A stretch of DNA of 61,446 bases, counting the filler, from Choristocarpus tenellus KU-1152 (taxonomy: Eukaryota > Protista > Phaeophyceae): assembly GCA_964200185.2 (NCBI GenBank). It is 12 parts of 12 records of this genome, joined end to end, with 100 filler letters (N's around TTAATTAATTAA, not from the genome) between each part and the next. Parts side by side here need not be neighbours in the genome. Positions count along the whole stretch, not along the records: positions 1 to 3,456 come from CAXNAD020019913.1; positions 3,557 to 10,263 come from CAXNAD020007520.1; positions 10,364 to 19,192 come from CAXNAD020004284.1; 9 more parts are not named here. The stretch is one strand, 5' to 3'. Numbering within the stretch: the stretch's first letter is position 1; every line of letters begins with the position of its first letter. Positions 1-12,500 of the stretch are shown piece by piece. The notes beneath the pieces are model-generated. The model was not told the DNA's origin. It made no database searches and saw only the letters and a program-made list of their open reading frames with translations. The position numbers and the translations under genes are program-made.

Positions 1-316
1 CCTAAAAAACCATGGGTGGTGTTTTCTGGGGGGGTGCCCCCCCCCCCCCCCCCCCCCACACACACCTTTTTGCAACTTTTCACCAGTGTGTCATATAGAA
101 ATACTTTCTATCTCAATGCACTCGTACTGCGGGGTGTGCCATAAAAACAGGCCCCTCCCTCCCTCCCTTTACCTCAACCCTCGACAGTCCTGACACTGCA
201 CACGGGATTTGTTTCCTTTTCTTTTTTTTACTATCGCGCACACACTAGGACTCTTTTCTGGGTGAAGGGTGGGCTGCGATTGTTCTCAATGACTGTCTTA
301 GACTCGCTTCTGGCAG

Positions 317-918
317 TCGCCTCACGGAAAGGCTCCCAGCCGCTGGGGTGTCCGGATGCTGCCGAGGTGAGGAGGTGGCATGGGTAGAGCCAGGAGAGCT
401 TGAGGAGGCTTATCCGGCTATGTTCGAGCTTGTCACTAACTTGCACGCGTTGCCGTTTGAGCTGAACTGCAAGGCAGGACTGAGGCTGAGCCGCCCTTTT
501 CGAGGTGAGGAAATCTTGCAATTGAGCGTTTGTGTTTGTGTTTGTGCTTGTGTGCTTGTGTTTGTGTTTGTGCTTGTGTGCTTGTGTGCTTGTGTGCTTG
601 TGTGCTTGTGTGCTTGTGTTTGTGTTTGTGTTTGTGTGCGCATACATTTGTTTCAACACATTTGTGATATGCTTCTTTTTTTTCCCCTGTCTGTAGTGCT
701 CTTGTAGTTTGGCGGTGTTGTGCAAGAAGGTGGGATGGTGTGCGACTCCTGTGGCTTTTTTTTGTTTTGAGTTTTTGTTGATGGCGTCCTGCAAAGGATC
801 TTTAATGCTTGTGTGGGAATGGGGTGTGGTGTGGTGCTGATTGTTCTAGTGAGTCACATCCGTCTGACGCAGAAAGAGAGGGAGGAAGCGAGGTTAGGGG
901 GGAATTAATGTAGGCTTG

Positions 919-957
<39 letters not shown>

Positions 958-1148
958 AAGTATATGATACAGTGATTTTGGAAGTGTTGCAGAAGTTTTT
1001 TTTTCCGTTCTGCCCCTCTGCCTAGACACCATCCTACTTTGCCATTGATCGTAGGGTGACAGATAGCTGTGCTGATCATCAATGTAAGACACATTGTTTG
1101 AGGCTCATGCACATACCACGGCTGCTGACTGTGTGTGTCTGTGTGTGT

Positions 1149-1188
<40 letters not shown>

Positions 1189-1950
1189 ATGTTGTGTGCA
1201 GCTTCCACCATGGTGTTGCGACTGCGGGATGGGTGCGGGATTCCTTTGAGACTGGACAGTCTTGCCAGTGGTGAAGAAACGGGACACAAGGTAACTTGTG
1301 TGTATTTTGTTGGGCGAGGCCCGGCAGGTGCCTGCCCCGAGAACAAGAAAGCGGGCGATAATAACCAGGAGAATGCAACAAGGATTGGAGGGAATTTGCT
1401 GCTCAGGACCAAGTTGTCTTCTGCGCCCACCAGCAGTGCATGTGCAGGCAGTGGCAGTTGCAAGGGGGCAAGGACGTGTGAAGAGGGGGAGTGCCGCATT
1501 CTGCCTGGTGTTACAGGCGATGTGGTTGGAGCAGAAGAGGGAAAAGGAGTGCAACAAGGGTGCACGCAGGTCGAGAATGGAGGTTTGGAGGGCGGAGGTG
1601 GGAGTGAGAGGGAGGTTTTATCTGGTGGGGAAGTTCGGTTGGGTGGTGGAGTCGACCATGGCAGGAGTAGCAGGAAGAACAGAAGTGAAGGCCTTGTGAA
1701 GACTGGGTCTGAGGGGTGGGGATCGGTGATGGTGGTGGATGCAGTGCCGGACAGAGTTGTTTTGTTTCGAAGCGACAGGGTTTTGAATGAGACAAGTCCA
1801 GTTGTGGGGTCAGACCAGTATGCTGTTGTCTTCTGGATGCACGGGGCAAAATTGTTGGAGGGTGAGGGAGGGAAGTGTGTGGTTGGGGAGGGGAAAGGGG
1901 AAGGGACAGGGCTGGGTTTGGAACAGCCAGCAGTGGGGACTCCAGCGTAG
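317..1950 (+). CDS. 3' part of a PHD/EGLN-like 2OG-Fe(II) oxygenase-fold protein with substituted catalytic residues; exons 317-504 and 1202-1950
   Basis: CAG acceptor before 317, GT donor after 504 (phase 1) and CAG acceptor before 1202 give a continuous frame to TAG at 1948-1950. Motifs RGEEVAW / LRLDS..GHKVTCVYFV / GGNLLL / PDRVVLFRSDRVLNETSPV..QYAVVFW parallel PHD2 RGDKITW / RHVD..RCVTCIYYL / GGILRI / FDRLLFFWSDRRNPHEVQP..RYAITVW (comparison from memory). Confidence 0.72.
527..638 (+). repeat. Intronic compound microsatellite (TGTGTT/TGTGCT)n; also (CA)n at ~921-955 and (TGTTGC)n at ~1147-1188
   Basis: Directly visible; these repeats produce the low-complexity ORFs in the track. Confidence 0.9.
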
Positions 1951-3456
1951 TTCTGTAGGGGTATATTTCTGTACACAGAGGGGAGGGAGAATGTACATAT
2001 CATGTGGTGTATGACTAGTACATAGTCAAAAGTAATTATTAGTTATGCACGTGTGTGTGATGATATGCTGGTGCTGTCACAGGGCAGCATGTTGTATAGC
2101 AACAGGGAATACACACAAAACCAGGTATGACCTACTTGCACACACTCCCAACAATGTATTCACTTCAAAAATGCATGAGCTTGTTGCGAAACAGTATCAT
2201 ATGTTCTAGTTCAGCAGCATACCCTGCCTCCCTTCTCCTTTGTAGTTCTTACTTCTAGAAGCTAGTTAGTCCACAACAATTTTTTTCGTCCCCTCTCCAT
2301 GAAAAAGTTCCACCTTGGAAGAGGTTTGAAACCTGGAAACTTGATACCACGGTTTTTGCCACGATTGATACTTCTAGTTTAGACTGATGGAGAGAAGACA
2401 TAAACTGTTCTAATGCCTGACTCTATTCTGCAATATCTCGTACTTTGGTGACTCTTATCCTCCCCCAACACGCAACCAGTTACCTGGAGGAAATACTCAG
2501 CCGCCTCGTTTAAGGGTGCTCATAATATCGCACGTCTGAAAAAAGGATGCAAAAGACATACTATCTAAGCCTTACTACTTTCACCAAAAAAAATGCTGCG
2601 AAGGGGTGTATATTTTTTGTCACCTATCGTCAGACTCTCCTCCCGTTCCCTTCTCATCTCGGACCCTAACTTCTATATCAACTCTAGTCCGAGCCGCTTT
2701 GTTCGAAGATAGCAGAGGGGATGGTTGACTCATAACGTGACTTGTATTTTATATTGGATCTAACAAACGGATACTACGAACAAAACAACAAAATATAGCA
2801 CTTTTTTGTTCTTCATCGAATGGATGCTCCCCAGCAATAGAAGGCGTGTGACCATGGTCTAGTTGATACTATTGCGGGGAGCAGCAGCATTGGGGGTTGA
2901 CGCCAGTTGCACCACTAATTCCTGAGTCATCGTTTTCAGCCTCTGTTCGTCTGTCTGTATTTTTAACAAATAAATAAAAATAAGCATTTTTTTTTTTTCT
3001 CCTTTTTGGTTCAACTAAGGTCGCACAATATCAATCAAACTTGGTTCAAAAGTTCTTTGTACAGATACTGTGTTACAGGCGCCCCTCAGAACTCACCTTC
3101 ACAAGATGTACTACTCAAATCCAATTCACAGATTAACGAACATCAACTCAGCAGAACAGGGGTACTCTCGAATTAATCAATTTGCACCAGGAATTTTTTT
3201 TTTATCGATATCAGTAAGAGAGAATGCTAAAGGTGGGGTCTCTAGGTCAGAATAACTGAGCTGTTTGGAGCCGTTTTTAGGATCTCTTATCATCATTTAT
3301 CGTTAGGGCTTCTTTGGTTTACAGACATTGAAATATATCTGAGAACCTTCGCGACCTGGGAACCCTTACGACTTTCCCGAGTTAGTGAGAGTTTCTCGTT
3401 TGCCGGCATGCTTAGCATGCTGACTTGTCTTTAACGTATGTATGTATATCCTCTAC

Positions 3457-3556
3457 NNNNNNNNNNNNNNNNNNNNNNNNNNNNNNNNNNNNNNNNNNNN
3501 TTAATTAATTAANNNNNNNNNNNNNNNNNNNNNNNNNNNNNNNNNNNNNNNNNNNN
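3457..3556. other. Artificial contig linker (44N-TTAATTAATTAA-44N); identical linkers at 10264, 19193, 22685, 26373, 29625, 34237, 38022, 43807, 49306 and 54614
   Basis: Eleven identical 100-bp units. TTAATTAATTAA puts a stop codon in all six frames, and several genes are truncated at these points. Confidence 0.97.
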
Positions 3557-4264
3557 CCCCCCAAGGGGCCTCAGAACTGAGTCCATCAATGGTTCATCCA
3601 TAAATCGCCAGCAAAATATCTCTTTGGATCCATACCAATATTTAGACCACTTGATGTAGTACAATGTCTGGACACATCTGGAGGAGATTGAAATATTCAT
3701 AACCAACGCATGTCATGTTTACTTTAGGGGTGTCCTTCAGCACGCCTCAAAAATTCCTTTGTCAAGCAAGAAATATTCAGCACCCTCAAAACCATGTCAT
3801 TTGAAAACTAGGGTATCAAACTGCCCCTGGTGATCAAGGGGATGAAGTGCCCAATGAATATAAAAAAGCAACCTTATACTGAAAAAGACTGGCATCCAAC
3901 AGCTGCTGGAACGATAAATGCTAGGACTTCGACTTTCCAATCACCAACCAAAATATTCAAAATATAAAGAGTTGAAAGCAGTTTCCTCGCGCATTAAGCT
4001 GGCATGTGTACAACAGCATTGGAAGTGTACATAGTCTGAAATATCCCAAAGAAAGATTGACCTGTGGACCCTTAAAAATAAAACAATATAATCAGATCAT
4101 GTCACCATTGCTGCACACTGCCCCTTCACAATAGTCCTCAAGAAAATCAAGCATACAATCACTATGTTTGAAGGGTTCTGTCTGACATATTACAGTCCCA
4201 CTCAGACTAGGGAAAGATAAGGAGGCAAGCTACCATCCCCCCTCCACATCAGCTTGCCCTTCAC

Positions 4265-6119
4265 CTGGTTTGGAGCATGCAGAGAAAGGGCCAACTGCGT
4301 CTCAGGGGCATCACGAGTCAGCTGACGCATTCGAGGTACTACTCCCACAGTGGAAAGGGTTATGTGGCGAGGGGACAGCCCAAACAAGCGGCCGTCAGAC
4401 ATTCCTCGGATAGCTGCAAGTACAGCATCATAGTTGTTTAATGGCTCCCCCATTCCTTCAAGTGCCAGACAGTACAATACATGGGGTGGGTGTGGGGGGA
4501 GTGAGGGTGTGATGGATTAATTCACTGTTTCCTCGTCATACTCTCAGCAACACCAGTCATCAACAAGAATGAACATACAACTAGTCATATTACATCTCGT
4601 AACACCTCAGCTGGAACAGAGTTGTCTATCCTAGTGCATCCTTCGAAAGGGAGTGCAAAGAAGATGCACCATCAAGCTATAGACGATGACCAGAATGTGA
4701 TCGTACCCATGAACACAATGTTCCGAATTGGTGCCACCCTAATTGCATGAAGGACCTGTTCCAGAATCTCTCCAGCCCAGAGATCTCCAATCAACCCCAT
4801 GGTGCCTGTGGCACAAAATGTGCATGCCATCTGGCAGCCCACCTGGTGAAGGCAGTCAGGAGTAGTGAGGCACTGCAGATCATATGTCTGCCTAGACTTG
4901 GGTAATGGACCAGGGACCTGGTTGTAATGGCAAACTGCTTGAGGGATGACAAGACAGTAAGAAAAAACAGCAGAAAGCTGAATCATTTCCCACATGCCAA
5001 TGCCTTTTCTACCCTTTTACCAAAAAAAAGAATATGTACAAATAGACAAATATGTCTTAGCACTCAAAAGAGTTTGTTGTTGGACACAGTCATTCCTCCC
5101 GTTCCAATAATCTAGTGCGCTGCACATCGTACACACACAGACGAGTTATTACCACATTCCATCAAAGAAAGGAAGACAGCGCATGCACGAGCCCTAAGAT
5201 AATATCCAGAGTGTATCTAGGTCTGTGAGCCCTTCTAACTATCATGGGATACATTGACTAATAACTCGACGCGCCTGGGAGGAGACACAGAGTGTGTTCC
5301 TAGGATATTTCCCTCCATGCTTGATAATTACGGACTCCACCATCTTTCCATCTTGAAGACGTACCTATGCAAAAGTAGCGCCACATAAATTGATGGCAAG
5401 CGTTAGGATAATTATTGTGCTGGAGAGGAGAGGAGGGTAAAATGTATCGTGGGTGTCGCGAAAGGGTGAGGGTCAAGTCAATTATGCAACAACAACGGCA
5501 CATTATCTCGAGTATATCAGCTTTCATCTGGGATACTAGAGGTAGGCCATGCACCTGGTTCGACAACCACAGCATATTCCCACGACTCGCTAAGATCAAT
5601 GTTATTTGGGGCGAGGATGGACAACCTGTAACAACAGTGGCTACTTACCAATAGCTTGACAGTGCCGTCTTCCGACATCTGAGTCTCCACTACCTCTGAA
5701 GTCAGTACCCCAAATTTCTCGTTGAGGAGGGGGGTAAGGTGCGCAGGGGTACTGGCTTGGAAGGAAGAACCTTCAAACCCGTCGAAGTCAGCATTGTGGC
5801 CGTCCTTCTTGCCTGCCTTCAAGGCGTAGGCCCAGATAGCCTTCGAGTGTACCTTCACAGCAAAGATGGTAGGTGTAGAGTCAGAATCTTCACGACGCAT
5901 TTTCCAAGGAAGGTGAATAGTTGGTGGGGTTGATTGAATCGAGATGTGGGTGGATGAACAGTGCAATCAACAGTACGTCCTTGTGAACTGGCAAAGTCGG
6001 GAAGTAAACATGCATTGGTACCTCCTTCTCACATCTTTGATTCCTGCATCTCGCAATGATTGGAGCAGGAATGACTCGTCAAGCACTGGAGCAGGGTCAA
6101 GGACCCTTCTACGTACCAT
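4265..6119 (-). CDS. RlmN/Cfr-family radical SAM RNA methyltransferase, 3'-truncated by the contig end; exons 6119-6033, 5852-5649, 5364-5275, 4842-4707, 4455-4265
   Basis: Spliced product contains TLCVSSQVGCQMACTFCATG (CxxxCxxC), GEILEQV, NIVFMGMGEPLNNY, ITLSTVG and LALSLHAPNQ. All exon phases are consistent; intron 3 has a GC donor. Confidence 0.93.
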
Positions 6120-6306
6120 GATCAGCACTACTAGATTACCAGATGAACTGGGTAGTCTGTGGTGTGTCTGTCATCCAACCCCCAATCACCTACAAACGGC
6201 AATCAACGGCTCTATTTGGTTGGGCGCAGCAGAGTTTGCTTTGAGTTGACAAGGAAAGTCAATAGTGGAGTAGAAGGACTCTAACTCGACGAGGTGGCGC
6301 GTTGCC
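6120..6306. promoter_or_regulatory. Putative bidirectional promoter/5'UTR between the divergent RlmN-like and OTU genes
   Basis: Only 187 bp between the inferred ATGs (6119 on minus, 6307 on plus). Confidence 0.55.
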
Positions 6307-9300
6307 ATGGATGAATCGGTCAATAGTGAGAAACTTAGTGAGGTATGTGTCACATCCTCCACATACTTGCTCGTGTTTGTTTTATGCAGTAGGTCGAATG
6401 CCTTGAAAAGTGTCTAACTCGACTCTTACGAAAAGGGGACAAATGTATCCGACCTGGTTTACCAAATCTCCCACCGTACCTGGACCAGAGGGATCAACGA
6501 CTTGAAAAATTTATTAATGGAAACATTAGACTTAAATGCACTAAGCAAGAGAGTATTCGTTATGTACTGCAGTGAGGATTCCCAGCAACGTCCACCTCTT
6601 TCAAGCACTCTGCTTCTCCGTGCTCACTTGACGACATGCATGCATAATGCCTTGATCCACGAATTGGCGCGTAACTTTTCCCGCCACCCATCCGGGATGC
6701 TTGTTATGTGCTCTATATCGTCCTCTCGCAAGACTGTAGAGGATGTTAAGGCTAGGCATAAGAAGGAGTTAAAGGCGATGACAGGAGAAGCCCGTGGGAT
6801 GCTGAAGCAGGCCAACAAGAACAAGAAGAAGAAGGCGGAAGCTGAGGCCCTCATAGTAAAGGTATGTTTGATAGTGTTGTGTAAACATTTAGATCCCTCT
6901 GTACTTTTTATCCTTGATCACACCGTCCAACAACAACAGATCTTATGGCTGTTGTGGTACTGGGACGTTCTGTTGCATGATTCCAGCAACCATTCTCCTA
7001 AATGGGATTAGTCTCTTGCTCCTGTTACTTCTTGAGGCTTTTCCCACAGTTGTGATTGTTTAAGAAATACTTTCATATTTTTGTCCGGTAGACCTGGTAC
7101 ATAAACTTTTAGGCGTAAGAGAGAACATGCTCCAGAAAAGACCGAAGTTACCATACCATCAATCAGTCAGAGCGTTGGAGCTGCACCCATATCTTCCCCT
7201 TTCAACCTTGAGGGATCTCCAATGGCACCACCTTGATCCTTCATGAAACACGAACACAACAGAACATCCTCGCCTCGATGCCATTCTCCAACAGAAGATA
7301 TGAGACACGACCGCCTAACACCCGCACGCGATATAACATCAATTTAGATGGGATTCGACTTGGCTGAGAGACAACGGGTGGAGCTGGAAAAGGCCATGGA
7401 ACATGCCCTCGGGGAAGGAAACTTGAAAGATGCCGAGTGTACAGGGGAGGGCAAGGACGACGGGGGAAACGGACTTGAAGGGGAGGCTGTTGGAGTGAAG
7501 TCTGCTGAGGAAAGGGAGAGAGAGAAAAGGGATCAAAAACGGGTCAAGGCACAACGCAAGAGGGATAAGCAAAGGCAAAAGGTGAGTGTGCTGTGCCAGT
7601 CTTTGATCCTACTCTGACAAGAGTAAGCATGAAGTACTTGGTAGACACATGGCACGTAAGTGCAATTAGGCAGTAAATTGTTGACGGGGGGTTTTGTTCA
7701 AGGAATGTAGTTACTGAAATTTAGTTGTGGAGTCTATTGAGGGCTCTATTAACAAATCTGGATTGATGGCAAGGTTACTCGGACGTTATGGCATGAGGTT
7801 ATTTTTGTTTGATTTGGATCAATACAGTATGGTTGAGGAACCCAATTGGAGTTGAGGAGATCTGGTTCAACAGGGATGGTCAAGGTATTCTGTGTGGGAA
7901 GTGACCTATAGAACATCACTATAGAGAGAAACAGTCCTCCATTGACAATGAGGACCCACGGTTAGGTTGAATATAGCAGATGTGATACTAAATGTTTGTG
8001 TTCAACAATCATCTATGCATCAGATGCGGTTGATTGTTGATTCATGTATTATTATTAGTAGTAGTAGTAGTATTATGAGAGCATGCTTTGCTTTTCGTAT
8101 CTTTTGTTGCAGAAAGGGGTAAGAAAAGGAGTGGCATGAAAGGTTCAAATCAATGCTGTGTTCCTAGATATGCGACCTCCAGCCCCTTACAGGAGACAAT
8201 ACATCAGAAGCTCACTTGAATACAACTACTTTGGAGGTACTTTATCATGCAGTAGAAGGCAATTTATTTCACACCAATTCAGTACCCCTGGACATGATGG
8301 GCATGATGGTGTGCACCAGCATCCATACCCCACCTGCCCCTCTGCCCTTCCGTATACCTGCTTACTTATCCCTTGGAACGTTCTATGCTTTGTAGGAAGA
8401 GGAGAGGGAGCAACGGATTACCTTGGAGAAAGAGCAGGGAGGGCCAGATCCACGAGTGCTGGAGATGGAAGCACTTGCCGTCAAGGTGACCCCCATTGGT
8501 GAGAACAACAGGAACAAATGCTGCTGATGATGGTGGTACTTAAAGGGTTGATTGGATGGAATAACCACAAGGCTGGAAGTCTTTCCTGGAAGGTGGTGCA
8601 CTCCACTGTGGCATGCGGTGCTCCCATTTTTGTTGACGGCCTTTTAGTGTTCTTGTTCGTGTTTATTTTTTTGTTATTGTATTTTTTTGAATGAAACCAT
8701 TGGCGTACGAGAGGATGGGGATAAAATTGCAGGAAGTAAGTCAGTCCGCTGAAGGTGGCACGACTCTTCTTTCATGCTTTTTTTGTTTTCTTACACATTT
8801 GGGGTGCTTTTGCCTCTTTTTGAGTAAAACGATTGTGGTTTGTAGTCATAGGTGTGTGTGATGTGTGCCTAATGCGCAGCTTTTCTTGTTCCCAACACAT
8901 TCCTGACGCCAATATAAAGGGATATTCTTTTTATGTGTAGACTGAAAATATTTTTGTTTTTTTCTACAATATATAGAGGCGTCTGCTGACGTGTCTTTAA
9001 AAAGTGTGTTGAACTCCCCTTGCGATAGCTCACCACCTGTTCTGCCAGAGTGTCTCGCTCCCTAAAAGCTTCTCAGAATCATTTTCCCCTTTCCTCCCTC
9101 TTTGATTGGATGGTGCTTTTGATTTGATGATGCTTTTGATTGGATGGTGGTAAGGGTTGCAAGTACGAGAGATAAAGTCAGATGGGCACTGCCTTTACCG
9201 TGCCGTGGCAGAGCAGATGGCTCTTACTGGAAGATGTCCTGACTACACTGAAGAGGCCTTTCCTCTGATGAGGGAAGCAGCCGCAAGGTGTGTTGGTAGA

Positions 9301-9678
9301 TGTGTGTGTGTGTGTGTGTGTGTGTATCCTCACTGTAGCACTTCAGGGTCTAACTCAGCTGCTTTTAATGGGTGGTTGTCTTGTTTGAGCTATTATAATT
9401 TTATTTGACCTGAAAGTCCATGCTTATTCCCGTGCTTAGTGCCGAACACATGCGGTGATCATCTGTTTGTCTGATCCCTAACCCTGACCTTAATTGCGTC
9501 AATGTGCGTGTGTGTATACGCATGTTTTTTGTTGTTGTGTGTTTATCGAGGAAGACGTCTGAGGGAAGCACCGTCAGAGTACATTCCATTCCTTGAGGAG
9601 GAGATTGGAGAGGACTTTGAGGCTTACTGCAACCGAGTCGAAAGGACGGCGGATTGGGGAGGTCAGGTTGAGCTCCAG
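6307..9678 (+). CDS. OTUD6/OTU2-like deubiquitinase, 3'-truncated; exons 6307-6342, 6733-6861, 7348-7581, 8396-8498, 9155-9287, 9555-9678
   Basis: N-terminal ARHKKELK coiled coil, Lys/Arg-rich linker, catalytic-Cys loop IKSDGHCLYRAVAEQ, EYIPFL and WGGQVELQ. GT-AG phases are consistent. The His-loop exon lies beyond the contig. Confidence 0.9.
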
Positions 9679-11279
9679 GTAGGGTTTTAAGAATGGGTTT
9701 GATTTATTGTATACTCTTCTATTAGTTGTTGAAGTTACATTGAAAATATTTTCTTTTTTACGGACCCTCGTGTCACACGTGGTGTTGCTCTTCACAAAAA
9801 CTGCTTTACATGTTCTGCTAAACGTTTTTGAGTGCTTTGGTACCATTAATGAGAGATTGATTTGCCTGTAAGAAAGGGATGAAGGATAGGTTCTGTAGAC
9901 AAGTATTTTGGGATTATTTCTTGCGGACACTACTATGATTTGTCTGTGATTTTAGGTACACCTATATATGCAGTGAATATAGAAGAGTGTGGAACATGAA
10001 CTCAAAGTGCGTCTTTTTTTGGTGTGACATATTATCATCCTGAGGATGAGGGCTCACTGGACCACATATGGCATGGAGCGTGCACCTTTGCCACCGTCCC
10101 CCATAGCTCTTTTATAGCTTCAAGAGCCAAAGAATGGCAAGTAATCCTTTTATCTTTCAGTCACCTTTTTTTTGTCTTGTGGTTTGCCCTGCCCTGCCAT
10201 GCCTCCCCCCCCCCCCCCTCCCTCCCCCTTTTTTTTTTTCCTTCTCGCTTTTCTTTATTTTGTNNNNNNNNNNNNNNNNNNNNNNNNNNNNNNNNNNNNN
10301 NNNNNNNTTAATTAATTAANNNNNNNNNNNNNNNNNNNNNNNNNNNNNNNNNNNNNNNNNNNNTGGTGGGCCTCTAGGTGGAGAGAGACCTATTGTTACA
10401 CCCTCCCTCGAAGAAGTCTGTCCCCTCTGTTGAATCCGCTATCTCCATTATCCTCTCTAGTGTCCACAGGGAGGTGTTGTCCGCTTGCTCAATGGTGGAG
10501 CGTGCCAGGTGGGGGGGAGTAACCCTTACAAGATAGCCTAGCCTGGAGGAGAGGGACCAGGAGTTGAGGAGCCAGGCCACCTGCTTGTCCACATCCTTCT
10601 TATGTACATCACAATACAGTACACAAGATGTACCGTGGTGCTAGTAGAGTGGTATAATGGTCAAACTTAATTTAATCAGGGACGTGATCCATAGGACCTG
10701 TTCCTAGTGACTCCCTCTCAAAGAGTGTTCCATAATTAGGAGTCATGAGGTACAACTATTACCTACCATTCATCCTCAAAAGACATGAAAGAACTTCACA
10801 GGGCTGGCTCTGCTGCTGACTTTCAAGACCTCAATTGTGACACACTCCAAGGACAAATTGTGCCCCATCTCACCAGAAAGTGTTTCCTGGTACTAGAAGC
10901 ACATGAGAGCAACACAATTTTGAAACACTTCCAAACATGTTGAACAAAAATGAGTCAAACCAAATGAGAGGTAAGCTGCTTCAGACCCTTTTGCACACTA
11001 AGCCATCTTTCTTACCCTGTGCAATACACTCTATTTCATTGCTTTACATTCACAATAGGGTACGCAAAAATGATATTCCCCAATTCCACACAACAAGTGA
11101 CACCACACATTTCAGCAAAGGCTCTTTCCGCGATTGTACAAAATGGAATCTCACTCCCTCTGTCCCATACATCTGGGCCGTTATGTTGTACCTCTTAGAG
11201 ATGACCTCCGATTACAAGAAGGACTTTTGCGTTGGATTCCTTGGAATATTTTACATTGAAAATATTATGTCTCGCCTTT

Positions 11280-12500
11280 ATTCAATACCATCAACCTACC
11301 AATCCAAGGCTGCCGTGGAGCCCGCTTGGTCTACTTCGACTGATCTAGTCAACCTGCCCTCCCGCTGCCTTTTTATGGTCCCAATGTGCTCTACCTCGAA
11401 ATCGTTTCCCCCCAGCGCCCTTAACACCTTATTGCACCTCTTAAACAGACTTTGCCACAACCTCTCAAGCCTGTCTGTGTCGCACATGTGGAACACGCTT
11501 GAAACCCTCTCTACAAGTTCATCAACGGTGCCATAACGCTCCTCCTAAACCCTGCTCTTCAGAGATGCAAAAAAGTCCAAATCATTGATGCTGGGATCCG
11601 GTGACTGTGCTGGCTGCGTCACAAGCTTAATATTCCATCCCTCCTCCATCCCTGCTGTGTTCAACTTCTGTACCGTGCCCTTGCCCGTCCGTATGTGGGG
11701 TCACACCATCCTGCTGTACGGAGGCCCAACCAAATTCCAGTCACAGCATTTTTTCCTTGATCGCTGGCATCAGCTGTTCCGTGTACCACTCCAGGTACCA
11801 CTTGGCGTCAGCAGTGACTTCAACTTCGTACTTCTCACCCTTCATGTGCTGCACTATATATAGTCCGTTGTGTCCCCTTCATGACGCAAGCCCGCCAGAT
11901 CCCGATCTTGCAGTCAAAATCATGGGAAGGATCCAGCTGCAAAATGACGGAGACGAACATCACTTTGTGAATGTGACTCTTCTGCTGCACCTTGACCGAG
12001 CTCACCTTTTCCTCCCCCGGGAACATGCGCACCATCTCTTGTTCACAGATGAAGTAGAACCACGCCTCTTCAATGTGAATGTTTTTGAGGCCAGTCCCGT
12101 AGGTTTTGGGATTGCAGGAGATCTGGTCAAGGATGAAGTCCACCGCCCTGTTCTTCTTGTGAGAAAACAAAAGGCTAGGGGTGATGCACCGTTGAACCCC
12201 CGTTGCCCCCATGGCTTCCACAGCAATGAAGCTTTGAGCTGCCTGCCAACTAACTGCGAGACCCGCTTCGACGAGCTTTGCAGAAAGTTGGTCAATAGTA
12301 GTTAGTGTGCTATTACTGACATTGATTTCCCGGATCTTCACTTGTCTCATTGGCGTAAAGTTCGACAGTCGTCCAGATTGTGCTCGTGATTTCAGGGAGA
12401 CGGTATTCCCCCTGGCTAACGATTATTTGACGAGTACTCACTCTGATCTAGGGTGTCTCTCTCCCACTCCACACTCTTTCACCGATTTAGACCCCACCCT
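11280..12500 (-). mobile_element. Degenerate Tc1/mariner-superfamily (plant-type DD39D-like) transposase pseudogene
   Basis: Motifs HIEEAWFY, KSHIHKVMF, FDCKIGIW, VQQDGVTPH (~11700) and TQPAQSPDPSINDLDFFASL (~11560-11620), broken by frameshifts and stops. Possible decayed TIRs near 11056 and 13250. Confidence 0.85.

Noticed and set aside
231-2003. Long minus-strand ORFs (231-794, 894-2003) and Cys-rich plus-strand ORFs
   Set aside because: They are antisense shadows of the real exon or translations of microsatellites.
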